Below are positions 44,836 to 54,504 of a stretch of 64,000 nt of DNA, in pieces (position 1 is the stretch's first letter; every line of letters starts with the position of its first letter). The notes under the pieces are model-generated. The model made no database searches and was not told where the DNA came from. It saw only the letters and a list, made by a program, of their open reading frames with translations. Location: positions 219,964-283,963 of the forward strand of contig JADGBR010000001.1 in NCBI GenBank assembly GCA_015231405.1, in the 5' to 3' direction. The stretch comes from Candidatus Omnitrophota bacterium (GTDB lineage Bacteria > Omnitrophota > Gorgyraeia > Tantalellales > Tantalellaceae). The translations under genes were made by a program, and so were the position numbers.

Positions 44836-45723
44836 ATGATAAAATTCCTTAGATTTCTTTTCTTGGTGGCGTTATTGTGCGGCGCGGCCTACAACTATCT
44901 TTTATACAATGATTTTAAGCTGCCGGGAGGCGACACCTCTACGGGAAACTCCGGGAAGGGTCAGAATGAGGCCCTGAAACAGAAAGTCCTCACCTTTTCT
45001 ATCGACGGGAAGACAAATAAGGGGCTTAAACAGTGGCATCTCGAGGGAAGGGCTGCTGAGATAATCCAGGACGATATTCACTTGGAGGAGCTCTCAGCCG
45101 AGATATTCGGCGAAGAATTTAAGGCGCATATTTCGTCGGATAGCGGCATATACCGCAGGAATAAAGAGGAGGTTGAACTTATCGGCAATGTACAGGTCAA
45201 ATCCGAGGACGGCGGGTCTCTATCCACAAGCCGCGCTAAATGGTCGCATGCTACGAAAGAGATCACTACCGATGAGGACGTTCTCATAGTGCGTTCGGGT
45301 ATGACAGCCGCGGGTAAGGGAGCCCGTGCTAATTCGGAAACGAAGGAAGCAGTTCTTTTTAAGGATATAACGGTTAAAATGGAGCCCGGGACGGTCATTA
45401 AGTGCGACGGGCCGCTGGAAGTCAGCTTTGAGAACTATAAAGCGGTTTTTCATGATAACGTCCATGTAGTCGATAAAGACGGAGACCTGTTCTCGGATCT
45501 CCTGACGGTGAATATCGATACCGTGACCAAAAAGGTGTCAGATGTCGTGGCCGAAGGCAACGTTAAACTCAAAAGAGGAAAAAGTTACACACTTTGCGGT
45601 AAAGCGACATACAACGAAAATACCGGAACAATTCAATTTCTGGACAAACCTAGGATAGTCATCGACCCGGAAGAGATACAGGAGACGAAGATATTTTCGG
45701 GATTTTATTCGACAAAAAAATAG
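44836..45723 (+). CDS. LPS-transport periplasmic protein with LptC-like N-terminal region and LptA/OstA-N-like repeats
   Basis: N-terminal signal/anchor (FLRFLFLVALLCGAAY), then beta-jellyroll-type repeats (HLEGRAAEI..., IGNVQVKSEDG, AEGNVKLKRGKSYTLCGKATYNENTGTIQFLDKPR). Sits immediately upstream of lptB. Start at ATG 44836; GTG at 44806 is possible. Confidence 0.55.
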   Translation: MIKFLRFLFLVALLCGAAYNYLLYNDFKLPGGDTSTGNSGKGQNEALKQKVLTFSIDGKTNKGLKQWHLEGRAAEIIQDDIHLEELSAEIFGEEFKAHISSDSGIYRRNKEEVELIGNVQVKSEDGGSLSTSRAKWSHATKEITTDEDVLIVRSGMTAAGKGARANSETKEAVLFKDITVKMEPGTVIKCDGPLEVSFENYKAVFHDNVHVVDKDGDLFSDLLTVNIDTVTKKVSDVVAEGNVKLKRGKSYTLCGKATYNENTGTIQFLDKPRIVIDPEEIQETKIFSGFYSTKK

Positions 45724-45755
45724 ACAACACCATTTATGATAAATCCGGAGGGAAA

Positions 45756-46478
45756 ATGCATTTATTAGAGACGAGGGACCTCGTTAAGGAATACGGAGGA
45801 AGAAGGGTAGTTAATAAGGTAAGCATAAACGTAAAAAGGGGAGAGGTGGTAGGGCTCCTCGGCCCGAACGGCGCAGGAAAGACCACAACGTTCTACATGA
45901 TAACAGGCATCATAAGACCTGATAAGGGGAAGATCATTTTTGATCAGAAGGACATCACGAGACTGCCCATTCATAAAAGGGCCCTTTCAGGTATAGGCTA
46001 TCTTTCACAGGAACCCTCGATATTCAGGAAACTAACCGTCGAGGAAAACATTCAAGCCGTAATGGAAACGCTTGGTTTCACAAGAAGGCAGCGTAGGAGA
46101 CAGCTCGATTACCTCCTCGACCAGCTGAAAATAGCTCACCTTAGGAAAAATCCGGCTTATACCTTGTCCGGAGGGGAAAGGCGACGGCTCGAGATCACGA
46201 GGACACTTGTTACTAATCCTATGTTCATCCTGCTCGACGAGCCGTTCAGCGGCATAGACCCTATCGCCGTTTTTGATTGTCAGGAGGTCATTAAAGAGTT
46301 GAAGGACATGGGGTTGGGTATTCTCCTTACCGATCACAATGTCAGGGAAACTTTGACCATAACCGACCGCTCATATATACTTTACCAGGGTAAGGTCCTT
46401 ATCTCCGGTGAAAAAGAAACGCTCATAAACGACCCCAAAGCTCGGGAGATATATTTGGGCGAAAGGTTTACACTGTAA
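45756..46478 (+). CDS. lptB: LPS export ABC transporter ATP-binding protein
   Basis: Walker A GPNGAGKTT, signature LSGGERRRLEI, Walker B ILLDEP; 240 aa. Confidence 0.9.
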   Translation: MHLLETRDLVKEYGGRRVVNKVSINVKRGEVVGLLGPNGAGKTTTFYMITGIIRPDKGKIIFDQKDITRLPIHKRALSGIGYLSQEPSIFRKLTVEENIQAVMETLGFTRRQRRRQLDYLLDQLKIAHLRKNPAYTLSGGERRRLEITRTLVTNPMFILLDEPFSGIDPIAVFDCQEVIKELKDMGLGILLTDHNVRETLTITDRSYILYQGKVLISGEKETLINDPKAREIYLGERFTL

Positions 46479-46630
46479 ATAGTCAGACTGTATTTCGCTT
46501 GTTTTCTGACAAAGACACATACTGAGTTCGTTTTTTCCGTTGAAAAAGCTCCTTTATGGTGTTATATTTGTTTTTCGCTAAATATATAATAAATTTATAT
46601 TCTGAAACGTTTTAAAATGAGGAGTTGTTG

Positions 46631-47005
46631 ATGGATGTAAATATCACTGGAAGGAACGTTGATCTGAGTAATGATGAAAAACGGTATATGTACAAAAGGC
46701 TTGAAAAGTTCGACAGGATATACTCGCGTATTTCCTGGGCTGAAGTAATAGTTTATGAGGAAAAGGGCATGACCACCGTTGAGGTCATCATACAGCTGAA
46801 AAGGAACAGGATAATCGCCAAGGAGACATCGCCTGACCTTTACGCTACGGTCGACGCCGCGGCTGACAATATCAAGAACCAGTTGAAACGCCTTAACGGG
46901 AGAGTCCGGTCCAGAAGAAGACTTTCCGTCATGAAAAGGCTGATGTGGCCTTTTTACAGGGACGATAAGGAACCACGCCAGGGAAACGGATATGATGAAA
47001 ACTAA
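46631..47005 (+). CDS. hpf: Ribosome hibernation promoting factor (short HPF/RaiA type)
   Basis: MDVNITGRN..LS...K.Y...LEKF, typical sigma-54 modulation/HPF fold; about 124 aa. Canonical position downstream of lptB, but no rpoN intervenes. Confidence 0.8.
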   Translation: MDVNITGRNVDLSNDEKRYMYKRLEKFDRIYSRISWAEVIVYEEKGMTTVEVIIQLKRNRIIAKETSPDLYATVDAAADNIKNQLKRLNGRVRSRRRLSVMKRLMWPFYRDDKEPRQGNGYDEN

Positions 47006-48266
47006 GATAAAAAAACTGGAAGGAACGGCAAGGGAATTAGAGATCAGGCTTTCGCCTGAAAAGGTCAAAGAGGCTTATTCTGAGATCATGGTAGAGATAA
47101 AGAGGGACTCCGCTCTGCCGGGTTTCAGGAAAGGTAAAGCGCCCGATGATATAATCGAGAAGAAATTCAAGGAAGACGCTCTAGCGGAGCTTAAGAAGAG
47201 GCTGGTGCCTGAGGCTTATCAGGAGGCACTTCTCGAACACAAGATGTCGCCCGTGAGTTTTCCCGAAATATGGGATGTGGAGATAGACAAAGAGGGTAAC
47301 CTTAACTTCAAGGTCAAAGTGGATCTTCATCCTGAGGTCAAAATTGACAAAATGAAGGGTATCAAAGTGACTTCCGAAAGATCGGAGGTTACCGATACGG
47401 AGGTTAGCGAAGCTTTAGAAGGGGTACGGGGCATGTACGCGGAATATGTCGACGTGAAAAGGGCCGTCGTAAAAGGGGATTTTGCCGTATGCGCTATGGA
47501 GGCTTTCGTGGAAGGTAAAGCGATAACTAAAAAAAGGGAGGAGACCTGGATACAGGCCGATAAGGCCGAGTCCATGCTCTCCTTGGGCGAAGAGCTTGTG
47601 GGCTTGAGCGAAGGCGATAAGAAGACCATCGAAGTGGTCTTACCTGAGAATTATCCCGACAAGAGCTATTCCGGCAAAAAGGCTGTATTCGAGGTTGAGG
47701 TAAAGAAAATTAAAGAGAAGAAACTGCCTGAGCTGAACGACGAGCTTGCGGCTAAAATGGGCAAGGAGAAGATAGACGATCTGAGGCATGAAGTGCGGAT
47801 GCAGCTTATTCAGCGTAAGGAGGATAACAACAGAACGAAGATGAAGAACCAGATCATCGCGCACCTTCTGAAAAAAACAGATTTCGAGCTTCCCGGGACC
47901 ATGGTAAATCGTCAGATCGAATTCCTTTTAAAAAAAGCCACTGACGATCTTAAACAAAAAGGCGTTGGGCAGAAGGAAATAGACGCTAACAAGGACGCTC
48001 TTCTTGAAAAATTGAAGCCGGAGGCAAGGAACAAGATCAAATTATATTTTATTCTTGACGGGATAGCTGCTGCCGAGAATATCGAAGTTTCCGATAATGA
48101 GGTAGAGGAGTCGTTAAAGCAGCTTGCGGCTTATTATAACCAGTCCTATGAAAGCGTCAGGAGGTATTACGAGGATAACGATCTCATAGGCGGAATGAAG
48201 GAACAGATACGTGAGGATAAGACGCTGGACCTTTTGCTTGACGGAGCGACGATCGTCACCAAATAG
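46992..48266 (+). CDS. tig: Trigger factor
   Basis: N-terminal ribosome-binding domain with GFRKGKAP motif, central PPIase-like and C-terminal arm; 424 aa. Followed by clpP. Confidence 0.9.
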   Translation: MMKTKIKKLEGTARELEIRLSPEKVKEAYSEIMVEIKRDSALPGFRKGKAPDDIIEKKFKEDALAELKKRLVPEAYQEALLEHKMSPVSFPEIWDVEIDKEGNLNFKVKVDLHPEVKIDKMKGIKVTSERSEVTDTEVSEALEGVRGMYAEYVDVKRAVVKGDFAVCAMEAFVEGKAITKKREETWIQADKAESMLSLGEELVGLSEGDKKTIEVVLPENYPDKSYSGKKAVFEVEVKKIKEKKLPELNDELAAKMGKEKIDDLRHEVRMQLIQRKEDNNRTKMKNQIIAHLLKKTDFELPGTMVNRQIEFLLKKATDDLKQKGVGQKEIDANKDALLEKLKPEARNKIKLYFILDGIAAAENIEVSDNEVEESLKQLAAYYNQSYESVRRYYEDNDLIGGMKEQIREDKTLDLLLDGATIVTK

Positions 48267-48297
48267 CTCGATAAAAACCGCTAAAATGGAGGATGCA

Positions 48298-48882
48298 ATG
48301 AGTACGGTCATACCAATGGTCATAGAGAAAGAGGGACGGCAGGAAAGGGCCTACGATATTTATTCGCGCCTTTTAAAGGACAGGATAGTATTGATCGGTT
48401 CGGCCATTGACGATAACGTGGCCAATATAGTTATTGCCGAGCTTCTTTTCCTCCAGAACGAGGATCCCGAGAAGGATATTCATATTTATATTAATTCGCC
48501 CGGCGGACATGTAACGAGCGGTATGGCGATATACGACACTATGCAGTTCGTAAAGCCGGATGTGAACACATATTGCGTTGGGCAGGCAGCGAGCATGGGA
48601 GCTGTTCTACTCGCGGCCGGGACAAAAGGGAAAAGGCACGCCCTTCCTCACGCGAGGATAATGCTCCATCAGCCTTGGGGAGGGATGGAGGGGACCGCCA
48701 TGGATATTAACATTCATGCCAGGGAAATATTCAGGATCAAGGAAAGCCTTGAAAATATCCTGGCACACCATACCGGAAAAACCCTTCCCCAGATCCAGAA
48801 GGATACCGAGCGGGATTTCTTCATGACATCCCAGGAAGCCAAAGATTACGGGGTTGTGGATAACGTCATCACTAAAATATAA
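48298..48882 (+). CDS. clpP: ATP-dependent Clp protease proteolytic subunit
   Basis: Catalytic triad context GQAASMGA (Ser), MIHQP (His), RD..M; 194 aa. GGAGG RBS before ATG 48298. Confidence 0.95.
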   Translation: MSTVIPMVIEKEGRQERAYDIYSRLLKDRIVLIGSAIDDNVANIVIAELLFLQNEDPEKDIHIYINSPGGHVTSGMAIYDTMQFVKPDVNTYCVGQAASMGAVLLAAGTKGKRHALPHARIMLHQPWGGMEGTAMDINIHAREIFRIKESLENILAHHTGKTLPQIQKDTERDFFMTSQEAKDYGVVDNVITKI

Positions 48883-48898
48883 CTGAAACGGAGGGGTC

Positions 48899-50032
48899 AT
48901 GAAGAAATACAGACTATTATCGCCGGGTCCGACCCCGGTCCCGGAGAAGGTCCTTCTCAAGATGTCAGAGGTAATGATACATCACAGGACCAATGAGTTC
49001 CAGAAAGTCCTTAGGGAAGTACACTCCAAACTGAAGAAAGTATTTTGCACGGAGAATCCAGTCGTCATAATGGCATCCTCGGGTACGGGGGCCATGGAGG
49101 CCTCTATCGTTAATTTTTTGTCAAAAGCCGACAAGGCCCTTATTATAAGGGGCGGTAAATTCGGCGAGAGGTTCGGCGAGATATGCGAAAAATACGGCGT
49201 AGCGACCGTGAATTACGATGTCGTCTCGGGAGAATGCGCGGATCCTCTAGCCGTAGCGGACTATTTGAAAAGGGACCCTTCCATTAAGGCGGTTTTCAGC
49301 ACATTGTGCGAAACATCTACCGGCGTCGTAAACGACATAAAGGCCATAGGGAAAGCGGTCAGGGATACAAAGGCCATTCTTGTTGTTGACGCAATAAGCG
49401 GATTGGCCGCAGATGAGCTATTACAGGATGAGTGGGGAGTCGATCTGGTGGTGGCGGGTTCCCAGAAAGGGCTTATGCTGCCTCCGGGCCTTTCTTTTCT
49501 TTCTGTCAGCAAGAAGGCCGAGAGCCTTATGAAAGCCTCAGACCTTCCCAAATATTATTTTGACATTACTAAGGCGCTTAAAGCTCACGGGAAGGATGAC
49601 ACGCCATGGACGCCGGCGGTATCTCTTATAAAAGGACTTGATCTGGTGCTGGACACGATCCTGTCTGAGGGGATGCATGCTTTGATAGCGAGGCATGCGA
49701 GGCTTGCGAACATAACGCGCGAGGCGATGAAATCGCTTGGCCTTGAGATCTTCTCAAAGAGGCCCTCGAACGCCGTGACCGCCGTAAAGGTCCCTCAGAA
49801 CGTTGACGGGACCAAGCTTGTCAATAAAATGCAGGACGAGCAAGCGCTTACTATCGCAGGGGGTCAGGAAGAGCTGAAAGGTAAGATATTCCGTGTCGCA
49901 CATCTCGGTTATATGGACGATTACGATATTATCAGCGCTGTAGCGGGGCTTGAGATAGTTCTCAAAGAACTTGGCTATAATCTGACTCTTGGCAAGGGAG
50001 TAGGCAGAGCCCAGGAACTTCTGTCGAAATGA
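48899..50032 (+). CDS. Class V aminotransferase (alanine-glyoxylate / SerC-like phosphoserine aminotransferase family)
   Basis: LLSPGPTPVPEKVL start, PLP fold with SQKGL.LPPGLSF region typical of AGAT/SPT-type enzymes; 377 aa; immediately upstream of serA. Confidence 0.75.
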   Translation: MKKYRLLSPGPTPVPEKVLLKMSEVMIHHRTNEFQKVLREVHSKLKKVFCTENPVVIMASSGTGAMEASIVNFLSKADKALIIRGGKFGERFGEICEKYGVATVNYDVVSGECADPLAVADYLKRDPSIKAVFSTLCETSTGVVNDIKAIGKAVRDTKAILVVDAISGLAADELLQDEWGVDLVVAGSQKGLMLPPGLSFLSVSKKAESLMKASDLPKYYFDITKALKAHGKDDTPWTPAVSLIKGLDLVLDTILSEGMHALIARHARLANITREAMKSLGLEIFSKRPSNAVTAVKVPQNVDGTKLVNKMQDEQALTIAGGQEELKGKIFRVAHLGYMDDYDIISAVAGLEIVLKELGYNLTLGKGVGRAQELLSK

Positions 50033-50091
50033 TAGTGTTCCGCTATCTGATCAATGTAGCAGGAACGAGTGGTAGAACATAGGAGATAAAT

Positions 50092-51687
50092 ATGCCGACA
50101 TTTAAGATCCTTATAAGCGATCCTTTATCCAAGGAAGGGGTTGATATCCTCAGAAAGAACAAGGATTTTTACGTGGAAGAGGTCGAAAAGCTGAAAGAAG
50201 ATCAGCTGGTCGCGAAGATAAAGGATTTTGACGCGCTTATCGTTCGAAGCGGCACGGTCGCCACAAAAAAGATCATCGATGCCGGAGTTAACCTGAAAGT
50301 GATAGGAAGGGCCGGAGTCGGGTTGGACAATGTCGACCTTGAGGCAGCTTCAAAAAAAGGCATAGTAGTGATGAACACCCCGACAGGCAACACCATTTCG
50401 ACCGCGGAACACGCGTTCACGCTCATGATGTCCCTTGCCAGGAGCATCCCGCTGGCCGATAAGAGCGTGAAGGATGGCAAGTGGGACAGGAAAAAATTCA
50501 TGGGAGTAGAACTTTACGGCAAGGTGCTCGGCATAGTCGGCTTGGGCCGCATAGGTTCAGAGTTCGCCAAACGCGCGCAGAGTTTCGGCATGAAGGTCAT
50601 GGCGTATGATCCTTTTCTGACACAGGAAAAAGCGAAAAGCCTTAATGTCGAACCCGTCGATCTCCCGACCCTTTACGAGAATGCGGATTTTATCACTATT
50701 CATACCCCGCTCACAGAAGAGACTAAACATCTCATAGGCGAAGAAGCTTTTAAACGCATGAAAAAGGGCGTACGCATTATAAACGCGGCCAGGGGTGGGA
50801 TAATCGACGAAGCGGCCCTCGCAAAATATATAGCCTCAGGGAAGGTTGCAGGAGCGGCGCTTGATGTTTATGAGTCAAAGGCGACGCCGCCCGTGGATAG
50901 CCCGGTTTATGGGATGGAATCGGTCATTACAACTCCGCATCTCGGAGCTTCGACCGAGGAAGCGCAGCTTAATGTGTCCATAGACATCGCAGAATGCGTT
51001 CAGGATGCCCTTCTGGGAAAAGGGTACAGGAACGCCGCTAATATGCCGTTCATCCCCGAAGAAAGCCTCGCCCTAATGAAACCTTATATACTGCTTGCGG
51101 AGAGGATGGGGTCTTTCCAGACCCAGCTTATCGAAGAGCCGATAAAGGAAGTTAAGGTCAAATATGCCGGGGATATATCGAATCTCGACGTAAGCGTTAT
51201 AACAAGAGCACTTATGAAAGGGATCTTCGAGCCGATACTCGTCGAACATGTGAATTACATAAATTCCGTGTTCATCGCGAAAGAAAGGGGCATCAGCGTA
51301 ACAGAAAAGAAAACGACGGAAGTTATGGATTTCGCTAACCTTATTTGCGTCGAGTTCGTTACAGAGAAAAAGGAATATCTGATAATGGGCACACTGTTCG
51401 GGAATAAAGAGCCACGGATAGTCATGATAGACGAGTTTTACGTAGAGGCGATACCCGGAGGTGTTATTCTGGTCATATCGAATAACGACATCCCCGGTAT
51501 AGTCGGCAAGATCGGGACGATAATAGGGAAAGCGGAAGTCAATATAGCCGGGATCAATCTGGGACGTAATAAGAAGAAAAAACTCGCCATAAGCCTGCTT
51601 AACCTCGACAGCGAACTCCCGAAAGAGGTCATAAAAAAGCTTTCCGCTATCGAAGGGGTTACGAGCGTAAAACAGGTGAAAATATAA
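50092..51687 (+). CDS. serA: D-3-phosphoglycerate dehydrogenase with C-terminal ASB and ACT domains
   Basis: NAD-binding GLGRIGSEFA, catalytic HTPLT..T..L, RGG, and C-terminal ACT domain (ISNNDIPGIVGKIGTIIG); 531 aa. Confidence 0.9.
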   Translation: MPTFKILISDPLSKEGVDILRKNKDFYVEEVEKLKEDQLVAKIKDFDALIVRSGTVATKKIIDAGVNLKVIGRAGVGLDNVDLEAASKKGIVVMNTPTGNTISTAEHAFTLMMSLARSIPLADKSVKDGKWDRKKFMGVELYGKVLGIVGLGRIGSEFAKRAQSFGMKVMAYDPFLTQEKAKSLNVEPVDLPTLYENADFITIHTPLTEETKHLIGEEAFKRMKKGVRIINAARGGIIDEAALAKYIASGKVAGAALDVYESKATPPVDSPVYGMESVITTPHLGASTEEAQLNVSIDIAECVQDALLGKGYRNAANMPFIPEESLALMKPYILLAERMGSFQTQLIEEPIKEVKVKYAGDISNLDVSVITRALMKGIFEPILVEHVNYINSVFIAKERGISVTEKKTTEVMDFANLICVEFVTEKKEYLIMGTLFGNKEPRIVMIDEFYVEAIPGGVILVISNNDIPGIVGKIGTIIGKAEVNIAGINLGRNKKKKLAISLLNLDSELPKEVIKKLSAIEGVTSVKQVKI

Positions 51688-51698
51688 AAGGAGAGGTC

Positions 51699-52490
51699 AT
51701 GAAGAATTATCTGTGTCTCTTAGGTGTTCTGATCAGCTATTCGCTGTTACCAGACGTCTCGGTTTACGCGGCCATGGAGAAGTTCTCTGACTATGATGAT
51801 CTCCGGACACCGGAAGATAGCGGGAAGGAGTCCCCTCTGGAAAATGACGAGTATTCCGCCAAACTTCTCAGAGACCTTGACAAAGAGCTTGGGATGAAAG
51901 TTGAACAGCCTATCCCTGGGGGGAAAGAATATACTTCCACCCCTTCCCCTCTGGAAGGGAACATGGAAGGCCAGGACTCACCCGAAGAGCCGAAGATGAC
52001 TCAGGAGGAATTCGAGAATTCAATACCTTTTTCAAAAGAGGAAATGATAGAGATCATTCATAGGAGGCTTAAGATCTACTCGGAGATCGCTTTCCTCATC
52101 GATAATTTCGGCCAGATGGAAGGGAAGAACGGCGAAATGGATTATGTCTGCAAGCTGCCCGACGGTAAAGTAATCCCACTTATCGAATGTGACAAGTTGA
52201 CCCTTTTAAGGCTGGTCAACCGCATTAATAATGAAGCGGCGCGCATAAAATCCGAAAGGCTGATGAGACAGATACAGCAACAGACGCAGCTCATACAGAA
52301 CATACAGCAACAGCAGCAGATGCAACAGCAGATCCAACAGAGCCAGGCACAGGTCCAAAAAAATTATTCGGCGCCGCAGGTTCCGGTAGTGTATCAGCCG
52401 CCCCAGGTTTACCAGCCACCCCAGCCTCCGCAGCAGCCGCCAAAGGTATATCAGCCGCCAACGCCGCCGCCTCAGCCGCCCAGGAGATAA
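51699..52490 (+). CDS. Hypothetical secreted protein with acidic N-terminal half, Gln-rich coiled segment and Pro-rich YQPP repeats
   Basis: N-terminal signal peptide (MKNYLCLLGVLISYSLLPDVSVYAA), then QIQQQTQLIQNIQQQQQMQQQIQQSQAQVQ and VYQPPQVYQPPQPPQQPPKVYQPPTPPPQPP. No recognisable catalytic motif. Confidence 0.5.
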   Translation: MKNYLCLLGVLISYSLLPDVSVYAAMEKFSDYDDLRTPEDSGKESPLENDEYSAKLLRDLDKELGMKVEQPIPGGKEYTSTPSPLEGNMEGQDSPEEPKMTQEEFENSIPFSKEEMIEIIHRRLKIYSEIAFLIDNFGQMEGKNGEMDYVCKLPDGKVIPLIECDKLTLLRLVNRINNEAARIKSERLMRQIQQQTQLIQNIQQQQQMQQQIQQSQAQVQKNYSAPQVPVVYQPPQVYQPPQPPQQPPKVYQPPTPPPQPPRR

Positions 52491-52510
52491 TCTATATAAG
52501 GAGAACGTTA

Positions 52511-53806
52511 ATGGCAAAGAAAATAAGAACAACTATTTTAGTCGGAGCTCAGTGGGGCGACGAGGGAAAAGGTAAGGTCATCGATATCCTCACGGAGGAT
52601 GTGGACTTTGTAGTAAGATATCAGGGCGGTAATAATGCCGGTCATACTGTGGTCATCGGAGACGATAAATATGTTTTGCATCTTATCCCTTCCGGAATAC
52701 TTCACGAAGGTAAACAGTGTGTTATCGGCAACGGCGTTGTCGTAGATCCTTTGGCTCTTCTGGAGGAAATATCGTTCCTTAAGGAGAAGGGTATAGATGC
52801 CGGTAAAAGGCTTAAGGTAAGCGACAGAGCGCACGTGATATTCCCGTATCACAGGAAACTTGATGAATTGAGAGAAGTCAGGAAAAAGGGAAGGATAGGG
52901 ACGACAAAACGCGGCATAGGTCCATGTTACGCCGATAAGGTCTCCAGGGTAGGTATCAGGATGGCCGATCTTTTTGACGAAGCTTATTTTAGGGAAAGGC
53001 TCAAACTCAACATAGATGAGAAGAATGCTATATTGAAAAATCTATACGGGGTGCCGGGTTTTTCAGTAGAAGTCATTTTTGACGAATACAGGCGTTACGC
53101 CGCCAGCCTGAAAAATTTCGTGTGCGATACCAATGAGCTTATAAATAAAGCACTCAGTGATGGCCGTTCCATTCTCTTCGAAGGGGCGCAGGGCACATTT
53201 CTCGACGTCGATTACGGCACTTATCCGTACGTTACCTCTTCGAATTCCACGGCAGGAGGCGCTTGCACCGGGGCCGGTATAGGCCCCTCCAGGATCGATA
53301 GGGTGCTGGGTGTCGTAAAGGCTTACACTACCAGGGTAGGAGAGGGGCCTTTCCCGACCGAATTTAATGAGAGCATGATGGACAAGATAAGGAAAAAAGG
53401 CAACGAGTTCGGATCGACTACCGGTAGAGCCAGGAGGTGCGGTTGGTTCGACGCAGTACTTGTCCGTAATTCGGTCATCATAAACGGGATCGACAGCGTG
53501 ATAATCACAAAGCTTGACGTTCTTGACGACGAGAAAAAAATAAAAATATGCATCGGCTATAGGTATAAAGGGAAAAAATATGTCACGTTCCCCGCGATCC
53601 CGGGTTTTCTGGAGAATTGCGTACCGCTTTACGAGGAACATCCCGGATGGATGGAACAAACCTCCGACGTCACTTCCTATGGCGATCTGCCTCTGGCCGC
53701 CAGGAAATATATACAAAGAATAGGGGAGCTTGCCGGGTGCGGGGTAATGCTTGTATCTGTCGGGAAAAGCCGGGACCAGACGATGGCCTGCGGGAAAAAA
53801 GTGTAA
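52511..53806 (+). CDS. purA: Adenylosuccinate synthetase
   Basis: QWGDEGKGK P-loop, GGNNAGHT, GTTKRGIGP, TKLDVLD motifs; 431 aa. Confidence 0.95.
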   Translation: MAKKIRTTILVGAQWGDEGKGKVIDILTEDVDFVVRYQGGNNAGHTVVIGDDKYVLHLIPSGILHEGKQCVIGNGVVVDPLALLEEISFLKEKGIDAGKRLKVSDRAHVIFPYHRKLDELREVRKKGRIGTTKRGIGPCYADKVSRVGIRMADLFDEAYFRERLKLNIDEKNAILKNLYGVPGFSVEVIFDEYRRYAASLKNFVCDTNELINKALSDGRSILFEGAQGTFLDVDYGTYPYVTSSNSTAGGACTGAGIGPSRIDRVLGVVKAYTTRVGEGPFPTEFNESMMDKIRKKGNEFGSTTGRARRCGWFDAVLVRNSVIINGIDSVIITKLDVLDDEKKIKICIGYRYKGKKYVTFPAIPGFLENCVPLYEEHPGWMEQTSDVTSYGDLPLAARKYIQRIGELAGCGVMLVSVGKSRDQTMACGKKV

Positions 53807-53808
53807 AT

Positions 53809-54504
53809 ATGCTCATTCCTCAACATGTCGGCATTATTATGGACGGCAACGGCCGCTGGGCAAAAAAGAGGAACCTCCCTAAGATCATGGGTCACCGCGC
53901 CGGAGGGGATACCGTGGACCGCGTGGTCGAGGCTTCTGCGAAAAAAGGTATAAAAGCCCTTACACTGTACAGCTTTTCCACCGAGAATTGGAAAAGACCT
54001 CAGAATGAAGTTAACGCCATCATGGAACTTTTCAAGGAACTGATAATCACGAAAATAGGGAAACTTTGTTCCAATAACATAAGGGCCAGGGTCATAGGAA
54101 GGAAAGACGGGCTGTCCCACGAGCTCATTCAGATGATAAAAGAACTCGAGGAAAAGACTTCCACCAATACAGGCATGATACTCGCTCTCGCTTTAAATTA
54201 CGGCGGACGTCAGGAGATCGTTGATGCCGCCAAAAGCCTTTTCGCTCAACTTGCGGGAAATAACAGGCGCCATGACGATTTTGACGTAGAGGATCTGGAT
54301 GCCCACATGTACACGAAAGATTTTCCTCCCCTGGATCTCGTTATACGGACAAGCGGGGAGATGAGGCTGAGCAATTTCCTTATATGGCAGGCAGCATACG
54401 CCGAGATATACGTGACTGATGTTCTGTGGCCTGATTTCAACGAACATGAGCTTGACATGGCTTTGGAGTCTTTTTCTTCGCGGGAAAGGAGGTTCGGTGG
54501 ATAA
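53809..54504 (+). CDS. uppS: Isoprenyl transferase (undecaprenyl diphosphate synthase family)
   Basis: HVGIIMDGNGRWA, SFSTENWKRP, RTSGE.RLSNFLLWQ motifs. ATG 53809 immediately after the purA stop; the annotated longer ORF start at 53617 lies inside purA. Confidence 0.9.
   Translation: MLIPQHVGIIMDGNGRWAKKRNLPKIMGHRAGGDTVDRVVEASAKKGIKALTLYSFSTENWKRPQNEVNAIMELFKELIITKIGKLCSNNIRARVIGRKDGLSHELIQMIKELEEKTSTNTGMILALALNYGGRQEIVDAAKSLFAQLAGNNRRHDDFDVEDLDAHMYTKDFPPLDLVIRTSGEMRLSNFLIWQAAYAEIYVTDVLWPDFNEHELDMALESFSSRERRFGG

Noticed and set aside
46479-46630. Intrinsic terminator after lptB (gtcaga...tctgac stem, later TTTTTT run)
   Set aside because: The 6-bp stem and the T-run are separated by about 25 nt and are not contiguous, so the region does not fit an intrinsic terminator. 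It is more likely AT-rich promoter DNA for hpf/tig.
50033-50091. Weak hairpin gttccgct...agcaggaac after the aminotransferase gene
   Set aside because: Only about 5 uninterrupted base pairs and no U-tract; insufficient to call a terminator.
53063-53716. 217-aa minus-strand ORF antisense to purA
   Set aside because: purA on the + strand is unambiguous (QWGDEGKGK, GGNNAGHT); the antisense ORF has no conserved features.
53617-53808. Longer uppS start overlapping 190 nt of purA
   Set aside because: Extension is Arg/Cys-rich nonsense in the purA 3' region. UPP synthases start close to the HVGIIMDGNGRWA motif, matching ATG 53809 right after the purA stop.
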